The translations under genes were made by a program, and so were the position numbers. The notes under the pieces were generated by a model. It was not told the origin of the DNA and did not search any database. It saw only the letters and a list, made by a program, of their open reading frames with translations. DNA of 60,043 bases, counting the filler. It is 5 parts of 5 records of this genome, joined end to end, with 100 filler letters (N's around TTAATTAATTAA, not from the genome) between each part and the next. Parts side by side here need not be neighbours in the genome. Positions count along the whole stretch, not along the records: positions 47,587 to 53,254 come from SRR31147125_2381; positions 53,355 to 60,043 come from SRR31147125_2388; 3 more parts are not named here. One strand, given 5' to 3'. Shown piece after piece: positions 52,725 to 60,043 of this stretch (position 1 is the first letter of the stretch; every line of letters starts with the position of its first letter).

Positions 52725-53254
52725 ATGGATTTTTCTCCTTCTGTTTACGAACATGCTGCCAATTTAATCAAAAGAACACCTTATGAGGTGTCAAGATCGG
52801 AAGACCTGCTGTTTCAGGCTCATGCGTGTGCTTTTGAGACCTATAACCATTCTCCGGTTGTCGTTGGTATCGATATATATAACCTGGAAGCCGAGGCGTA
52901 TGGAGCTGTTATTCACGATCCCAAAGATGATAGTATTCCTGCAATAAATGAATATCCTGTTACATCTATCGAATCTATATTGGACTTGAATCCTTTGGAT
53001 ATTCTTCAGAATGGTCGGTTTCTCATTGTCCTGCAGGCAGGCAAACGATTACAAAAGGAATTCCCCAAGGCAGATATTCGTATCCCGGTCAGTGGTCCCT
53101 TTTCCATTGCAAGTAATTTAATTGCATTTGAATCGGTATTAGCCAATGTTATCGAAGATCCTGACATGGTTATCAAGGTATTACAATCGCTGGCAAACGA
53201 ACAAATCAGGTTGTGTGATGAAATCACAAACCAGGGCCTGGGTATTTCTTTTTT
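52725..53254 (+). CDS. Uroporphyrinogen decarboxylase / MtaA-CmuA superfamily protein (partial)
   Basis: PSVYEHAA, DIYNLEAEAYGA, SGPFSIA. Confidence 0.7.
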
Positions 53255-53354
53255 NNNNNNNNNNNNNNNNNNNNNNNNNNNNNNNNNNNNNNNNNNNNTT
53301 AATTAATTAANNNNNNNNNNNNNNNNNNNNNNNNNNNNNNNNNNNNNNNNNNNN
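53255..53354. other. Artificial contig spacer
   Basis: N-run + TTAATTAATTAA + N-run. Confidence 0.98.
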
Positions 53355-54909
53355 CTGCCTCAATCGCTGCATTTAGAGCTAATAGGTTTGTCTGCTCTGC
53401 TATACTATTAATAGCTGTAAGGATATCACCAATGTTATTTGATAACTCTTTTAGAGTTTCAATCTCTTCATTAGTATTTCCAACACTTACTGTAATATCT
53501 CCCATACTATCTGACATTTTATTTATATCATTTCCACTACTCATTGCTATTTTACGAGTTTCATCAAAGGTTTTTCCTGTAGCTTCCATGTTTTCATTCA
53601 TATGATGACTTGTTGCACTGATTTCTTCTAATGCAGCCAAACTCTCTTCTGTAGAAGCCGTCTGATCTCTTACATTGTCTAATACTATGTCAGCTTGCTG
53701 TACAAGTTGCACTATACCTTTATCAACTTTACTGTCACTTGTTAGTTCCGAATAAAAACCACTATTTTTTCCTTTTATTAGGTTATCCATAGATTTTCTT
53801 AGAGTTGTATTTGATTCTTCTACTCTAGACGCCATAGCCTTAATATCAAGCATTGTACTCTTTAACTTAGCAACGAATGCATTAAACTCTATTGATAATT
53901 TTGCAATTTCATCTTTTCCTTTTACATTTATCTCAGTGTTTAGGTTCCCTGCTGAAATTTCAACAACACTTTTTTCTAGCTTCTTAATTGGCGATACTAT
54001 AGAAGCTGAGATTCTCTCTATTAGAATAATTAGAACTATAAATGATATTAAACCAATTAAAGTAATTTTATTTCTAAATATTTTAGCTTCTTTAAGTACT
54101 TCCTTCTCAGAAAGAACCATTACTAAATTCCACTTTAATTCAGGAAGATAAACATGTACTGCATTTTTCTTATCTCCACCGACTTTATAAGTTAATGTCC
54201 CATCCTCTGTTTTAGTAAATTCTTTTGATAATTCCCCAAGGCTTGGATCAATTTCCATAAGCGTTTTACCAATCAAATCCTTATTAGAATGCGCCATTAT
54301 CTTTTCATCTGTAGTATTAAAAATGTAAGCATATCCCGTTTCTCCATATTTTATTTTCGAAACCTGCTCTGAAATTGAGTTTAATAAAACATCTCCTGAA
54401 ATTACTCCTCTTAATTCTCCTGAAGGTTTCATTAGCTTAACCGAAGCAGAAACTGCTACCTGACCTGTAACCATATCCACATATGGAGAACCATAAACAG
54501 GTTCACTATTTTTTAAACCTTCCGGATACCACGGTCTCTTTCTTGGATCATAATCTGCTGGAGGTATCCAACCAGAACCATCAATCATCTCTCCTTCAGT
54601 AGTACCAATATAAATATCTGAAATCGCAGGAGATTGCTTAACATTATTCATTAGATAATTAAGTTCTAATTCAGGTGCAACAAATCCTTTTTCTAAAGTT
54701 CGATGAACCGATCCAATAATATTTAAATTTGTACTTAACCACCCTTCAACTATATTCTTTTCAGCTGAAATAAAATTGAACAACTCGGCTTCTTTTCTCT
54801 CTTTGATAATCTTGTTAGCACTAAAATACGAAATCGTAGACATAACTGTGAAGATTGCTAAAAGTATTGGAATAAACAATACCAGTAGTTTCATTTTTAA
54901 ACTTTTCAT
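53355..54909 (-). CDS. Methyl-accepting chemotaxis protein (dCache-HAMP-MA; 3'-partial)
   Basis: YDPRKRPWY, PYVD, HAMP (P...DEI..L), IAEQTNLLALNAAIEA. Confidence 0.95.
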
Positions 54910-55327
54910 AAAACAACTCCCTCTTTTCCTGAATTTTGTTAAAGTTATTTAGTAACCCTTTTATATTTTTTTAAATATATAACCCCAAATCCACATGATA
55001 TGATTATACTTTATTGAAAGAATTTTTTCTAGTTTCTTTACTGTTTTTTTAATTTAATTTTCTATTTTGAAATTATACTCGTAAAAAGATTACTAAACTA
55101 AAAAAGCTATAATTCAACATTTTATCAAACTATAGCCAAAAATTATTATTAAATTAAAAAAACTAAATACAATATATAGCGATAATATAATATAATTTTA
55201 GTATGTATACGTATTATAACTTATTCTTAGAATAATTGGAACCATTCAACCATTTTTTTCACTATTCAAATTTTGTATAATACCTATTCATTCTATTAAA
55301 GTAAACTACTTTATCACAAAGAACTTC

Positions 55328-56829
55328 TTAAAACGTAACAACTCCTGGAATCGTAATAAATTCATCGTCTGATGCTTTAATTGTTGAGAACCCTTTATAC
55401 TGTAACCAATATCCATCAATTGCTTTAAAATAATTCATTGAATTTCTAAGCTCTTCAGTAGTTGCTTTTGCTCCTAATTTATATCCATCAACAATTATGT
55501 CATTTCCAATTGATCTAAAGTACCAATCTGATGCATAATTATGTCTAGATGGAAAATCAAGAATTGGTATTTTCGCTAACCAAACTCTAACAAGTGAAGT
55601 GTACTTTCTCATTTCACTGTTATTATCGCCACTCAAAGTATTTCCAGCTTCACTACTTTTTACCTCTTCAACTACTACTCCTTTTGTAGTTATCAAACTT
55701 TCCACAATTTGGCACTTTTCCCCTGTCCACATTCCATCTAAATAAGATTTTGGGAAGTTACTCCAAAACGGATCTAATAGCGTAAGTCTCTTAGGTAGTA
55801 ATTTCTCATTAACCGTTCCTTTATCAATCTCTTGTTCTAATTTACCTGCAAGTGCAGTGATAACTTGATTACCTAATGAGTGACCAGTAAATCTAATCTC
55901 ATTACCCTCATAATCTTTCAGCGCTTTTAAATAGTCATCATATAGTAACTCATGTATGCTTTTCTTAGTGTCATAATCCTTATATTTTCGATTAGCTAGT
56001 TTATATCGCATTTTCTTTCTACCGTTAGCTGACCAAATTTTTCTTCGGCATCATAGACAGTGAGCTCATCAGCAAACTGTCCCCATATCCACGCTCCTAG
56101 ATTATATCCTTCATCTAACCAGTCATTAACTACAATATTTTCATAGAATCTATTTTTTACATAGTATGGTTGGTCAATGAAATAGTCATGAGTTGTCTTT
56201 TCTATCTGCCATCCATGTGAGTGAAGAACAACGTCATTTTCAGGATTAAAATATCTATTCTCTACTCCCTCAACATATTTTTGACAATATCCGTCTCTCC
56301 CAAACCAGTATATTCCGTAGTTTAATTCTTCTGATTCAAAGTTAATCTCAGAATATAGCTCATTTAGTTTAAGCTTGTTTTCTGAAAGAATTTTATCAGT
56401 ATCAATCACTAACTTATATTTTGTTGCAGGTTTAATCCCTTTAAAAAGAACTTTATTTTTATCAATTTCAAATTTTTCAAGAAGGTGTATCGTTAAAACT
56501 TTATCTCTGTACTGCAGTTCTATCTCTATCTCTTCTCCATTATCTACTCTCAATAATTTAATATTCTCAGTTCTAAAGGAATATCCATCCATTACAGAAT
56601 CAAAAACTAGTTTAATCTCTGTTCCTATTATATATTTATTTTTTACTATTTCATCGCGATTTACAATATTTATTCTATTCTCTTTTGGTTCTATTGATTT
56701 ATAATTTAATTTCGTTTTTGCCGTGTTCGTACAGTTAGTTAGAACTAAAACTGTTATTGTTAACACAATTATTTCAAAATATTTTTTCATAATTTGATTT
56801 CCTTTCAAGTCGTATGGTATATTATACAA
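55328..56829 (-). CDS. Lipoprotein with an Ig-like domain and an alpha/beta-hydrolase domain (apparent frameshift near 56040)
   Basis: Lipobox-like LTNC; HGW, GHSLG nucleophile elbow, LTLLDP; restoring one A joins the two ORFs (AEEKIWSANG). Confidence 0.65.
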
Positions 56830-56958
56830 AAATTTTAGCTACTTTACACTTTATATCTACGTTTTCTTTACGATATATGATATAATATTCTATATTATTT
56901 ATATAAAATTAATCTTAGATTATAATATTTTTTATTTAATCAAAAGGAAAGGATAATT

Positions 56959-57528
56959 ATGAGGCTTTTATTTTCACTTTTTTTCACTTTTTTTAAAATT
57001 GGTGCCTTCTTGTTTGGCGGAGGTTATGCTATGCTTCCACTCATCGAAAGAGAAGTAATTGAAAAGAACAAGTGGATAACACCTGAGGAACTATTAGATA
57101 TAACCTCTATTGCACAAATGACTCCTGGTCCAATAGCTACTAATACAGCAACATATATTGGTACAAAACTAAAAGGTCCTGTTGGGGCAATAGTTGCGAC
57201 AATTGGAGTTATTGCACCGTCATATATAACAATTTCACTTATATACTATTTTTTATCAGATAAATTTCACTTACCAGTTATTGTTGCTGCATTTACAGGT
57301 ATAAAGGCATGTATTCTTGGTCTGGTTTTATCATCTGTACATAAACTTTTTAAATCAGGTATAAGGGATAGTATAGGTTTTGCAATTTTTCTGATCTCAA
57401 TTGTGTTGTTAATATTTTTCAATATACATCCTATTTTGGTAATAATTTCTGTTGGCTTAAGCTCTTTGGGCTTCTCAATATTTTTCCCGAACTTCCTTAA
57501 AGAAAGGTTGGGTGAGATAAGCAAATGA
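56959..57528 (+). CDS. chrA: Short-chain chromate transporter subunit 1
   Basis: FGGGYAM, AQMTPGP, HPI. Confidence 0.9.
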   Translation: MRLLFSLFFTFFKIGAFLFGGGYAMLPLIEREVIEKNKWITPEELLDITSIAQMTPGPIATNTATYIGTKLKGPVGAIVATIGVIAPSYITISLIYYFLSDKFHLPVIVAAFTGIKACILGLVLSSVHKLFKSGIRDSIGFAIFLISIVLLIFFNIHPILVIISVGLSSLGFSIFFPNFLKERLGEISK

Positions 57529-58058
57529 TATATTTTCTTTTATTTATTACTTTTTTGAAAATATCGGTCTTTAGTTTCGGTGGTGGATTAGCTATGCTTC
57601 CACTTATAAAGGAAGAATTACTCCTAAACCATTGGATGACTGAACCGGAGTTTTTAGATATCGTTGTTCTATCACAGATGACTCCTGGTTCAATAGTTAT
57701 AAATTGTGCCACATTCGTAGGTAATAAAATTGCGGGACTTGGTGGAGCACTTAGCGCAACTCTTGGTGTTGCCACTCCATCTATTATAATTATTTATTCC
57801 CTTTTTAGCATACTATCCAAATTAAAGAATAACTTTTATAAAAAAGTATTTTTTTATGCAATTAAACCTGTTACTGTTTCGTTAATATTATACGCTGGTT
57901 ATATTATAGCTAAGTCAACTCTAGTCACAGAGACATTACAAATTAAATATACTCCACTAGCTATAATGTTAACTGTATTTTTTATTAAAGAAAAATTTAA
58001 TATACATCCTATTATTTTAGTATTTTCTTCTGGGCTACTTGGAATTTTTCTCTTTTAA
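57525..58058 (+). CDS. chrA: Short-chain chromate transporter subunit 2
   Basis: SFGGGLAM, SQMTPG, IKPV; overlaps subunit 1. Confidence 0.9.
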   Translation: MIYFLLFITFLKISVFSFGGGLAMLPLIKEELLLNHWMTEPEFLDIVVLSQMTPGSIVINCATFVGNKIAGLGGALSATLGVATPSIIIIYSLFSILSKLKNNFYKKVFFYAIKPVTVSLILYAGYIIAKSTLVTETLQIKYTPLAIMLTVFFIKEKFNIHPIILVFSSGLLGIFLF

Positions 58059-58148
58059 ATCCAATAAAAGGTTCAAACATTCTTCCTTGACAAGTGTCCA
58101 GTTATACTTTACAATGTATTATTAAAATTATATAATTAGGAGGTCATT

Positions 58149-58520
58149 ATGCTAGAAGTTGGCTTAAAACATTCTATTAAAACAACTGTTGTGGAAAAAG
58201 ATACTGCTAAAGAGATTGGTTCAGGTGGATTAAATGTATTTGCTACACCAGCACTTATTGCTCTAATGGAAAATGCAGCATTTAACTGTGTTGAAAAAGA
58301 AATGGAAGAGGGATATTCTACAGTGGGAATATCTGTTAATATGAAACATCTGAAGGCAAGTGCAGTTGGTGATGAGGTAGAATGCATCGCTACATTAACA
58401 GCTATTGATGATAAAAAACTAACATTTGAAATTATAGCTTCTACTGATGATAAGTTAATGGGAAAATGTACTCATGAGAGATTCATTATTAACTCTGAAA
58501 GATTCATGTCAAAATTATAA
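58149..58520 (+). CDS. Hotdog-fold thioesterase (FlK-like)
   Basis: GSG..VFATP.LIALME.A, TVG..H, HERFII. Confidence 0.88.
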   Translation: MLEVGLKHSIKTTVVEKDTAKEIGSGGLNVFATPALIALMENAAFNCVEKEMEEGYSTVGISVNMKHLKASAVGDEVECIATLTAIDDKKLTFEIIASTDDKLMGKCTHERFIINSERFMSKL

Positions 58521-58530
58521 TTAATCACAA

Positions 58531-58572
58531 AACTATAAAACCCAAAATCATTTGATTTTGGGTTTTATAGTT
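58531..58572. terminator. Bidirectional terminator
   Basis: Perfect 20-bp inverted repeat between convergent genes. Confidence 0.85.
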
Positions 58573-60043
58573 ATTGTGATTTTTTAATCTCTTTTAATTG
58601 ATTAACATATTTTTTACTTCTTAAATTACTTATTAACTCTTCAAACGAAACAGGTTTATCAAAGAAATAACCTTGAAGCTTATTACAACCTAGCTTTGTA
58701 ATTATCTCTAACTGTTCCAATGTTTCAACTCCTTCTGCTAAGATATTCAAACCTAAATCACGTGATATAGATATTATTGCCTTAACAATAGCCATATCAT
58801 CCGTATCAGTTTCAATATTTTTAACAAAAGATCTATCAATTTTAATTTTATCAATTGGGAACTTCTTTAGATATGCTAACGATGAGTAACCAGTTCCAAA
58901 ATCATCAATTGCAAGACTTACTCCCAATTCCTTTAGCTTACTCATACTGCTAAGTGTAGTTGCAGTATTTTCCATTGCAACATTTTCTGTGATCTCTACC
59001 TCTAATTTATCATAATTTATTATAGTTGAAGGGTTCTTTAACATCGTTAAAAACTTCTCACTTTTAAACTGCTTTGGTGATATATTAACAGCTAGATTCA
59101 GATCAAACTCCTTATTTAGTTCATTTAAATCTCTATATGCCTGCATTAATGTTAATTCTCCAATATCAACAATTAAACCAGTTTTTTCAGCAATTGGGAT
59201 AAAAGCTATAGGTGATATTAAACCTTTTTCCGGATGTTTCCACCTAATAAGTGCTTCTATTCCAAACACACATGCTTTTTCATAATCGATTAACGGTTGA
59301 TAATAAACAAGAAAATCATTATTCAAAATTGCCTCTCGAAGTTCATACTCAATTTCATATTCCTTTAGAAACATTTTATCCATTCTATTTTCATAAAAGC
59401 AGAATGTATTTTTTCCAAATTTTTTAGCATTATGAAGTGCAATACTTGCTGTTTTTAAAAGTTCTGAAGCAGATTTAATATCCTGATTCATATTTGAAAT
59501 TCCAATACTCACACTCACTTTGTAAGTTCTATTTAAAAGTCTAATTGGTTGATTCATTTTATTCAAAATTCTATCAACGATATATTTTATACTCTCTACA
59601 GATTTAAAATTTCTAAGTATAATGATAAACTCATCACCGTTTAGTCTTCCAAGTAAATCATAATCTCTAATTAAGGAACTTAGTCTATTAAATACCTGTT
59701 TAAGAACGAAATCCCCCATTTTATATCCAAAAATATTATTTACGACTTTGAAATCATTTATATTAACTACTAAAACAGAAAAATGATCATGTTTTACAGT
59801 TTTAAAATTACTCACCAAATTCTCGAGAATACCCAATAACTTATCTCTCGAAATCAGGCTCCCTGCTCCATCTGCCTTAACCTTCTCTTCCAGTTTTTTT
59901 ACTGGTTTAAAGGTATAAACAGCATTGTTAGTTGCTCCATCAACACTGAATTTTTCATATACAAACTCAACATCCCGTCCATCTTTTAGATTTAAGATAT
60001 CAATAAATTTTTTATATTTAAAAAAGTTATTCTTTAACAAAAA
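58571..60043 (-). CDS. GGDEF-EAL protein (5'-partial; GGDEF degenerate, EAL intact)
   Basis: GRLNGDEF; YQP, EALIRW, EITE, DDFGTGYSSL, KIDRSF, AEGVE, QGY. Confidence 0.92.
   Translation of the reverse strand, partial: FLLKNNFFKYKKFIDILNLKDGRDVEFVYEKFSVDGATNNAVYTFKPVKKLEEKVKADGAGSLISRDKLLGILENLVSNFKTVKHDHFSVLVVNINDFKVVNNIFGYKMGDFVLKQVFNRLSSLIRDYDLLGRLNGDEFIIILRNFKSVESIKYIVDRILNKMNQPIRLLNRTYKVSVSIGISNMNQDIKSASELLKTASIALHNAKKFGKNTFCFYENRMDKMFLKEYEIEYELREAILNNDFLVYYQPLIDYEKACVFGIEALIRWKHPEKGLISPIAFIPIAEKTGLIVDIGELTLMQAYRDLNELNKEFDLNLAVNISPKQFKSEKFLTMLKNPSTIINYDKLEVEITENVAMENTATTLSSMSKLKELGVSLAIDDFGTGYSSLAYLKKFPIDKIKIDRSFVKNIETDTDDMAIVKAIISISRDLGLNILAEGVETLEQLEIITKLGCNKLQGYFFDKPVSFEELISNLRSKKYVNQLKEIKKSQ

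Noticed and set aside
31584-53354. Four identical N-TTAATTAATTAA-N blocks, and any cross-contig gene linkage
   Set aside because: These are artificial concatenation spacers. Composition and gene style differ between contigs, so neighbourhoods across them are meaningless.
54910-55327. Long AT-rich region upstream of the MCP, checked for a c-di-GMP riboswitch or small RNA
   Set aside because: No conserved riboswitch motif or stable structure was recognisable by eye.
29070-56045. Frameshifts in the SDR (two), AlbA gene, Tat oxidoreductase and lipoprotein hydrolase, considered as programmed frameshifting, phase variation or pseudogenes
   Set aside because: All are single-base losses in short A-runs across four different contigs, which is the signature of homopolymer sequencing error. 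Raw reads would settle it.
507-58387. Many short antisense or alternate-frame ORFs in the track (e.g. 1617-1955, 8566-8961, 10897-11385, 22025-22408, 47729-48043)
   Set aside because: They are shadows of well-supported genes and show no recognisable motifs.

Overview
This window is not one locus. It is five unrelated contigs joined by 100-bp N/TTAATTAATTAA spacers. Contig 1 (1-31583) is a low-GC, genetic-code-11 chromosome segment that looks Acholeplasmatales-like. It carries the gltX-cysS-mrnC-rlmB-sigH-like-rpmG-secE-nusG-rplKAJL-rsmC-rpoBC-rpsL backbone plus inserted genes: a DUF2779 nuclease, a P-type ATPase, pseudouridine catabolism, a serine-palmitoyltransferase-like gene with an SDR, and PepF. 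RpoC has an N-terminal extension resembling two alpha-CTD domains. Contig 2 (31684-41056) is an accessory region, probably from Bacillota. Its co-oriented cassette-type genes (AlbA/Schlafen, Gfo/Idh/MocA, Fic, two GNATs, SH3) are separated by a recurring terminator + promoter + GTTAT-core site, and half of an attC-like site lies at the contig end. I consider this the best candidate for an undescribed gene-capture system. Contig 2 also has covarying tandem hairpins upstream of an AHL lactonase and the 5' start of a probable FMN riboswitch. Contig 3 (41157-47486) is Bacteroidota-like, with MacB/FtsX permeases around a GH31. Contig 4 (47587-53254) has hcp with an FNR-type box, a Tat-exported oxidoreductase, an NRAMP-like transporter and a UroD/MtaA-like protein. 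Contig 5 (53355-60043) has an MCP, a lipoprotein hydrolase, a short-chain chromate transporter pair, a thioesterase and a GGDEF-EAL protein. Several frameshifts are single-A losses in homopolymers and are probably sequencing errors. All taxonomic and family calls come from recognising motifs, not from database searches.
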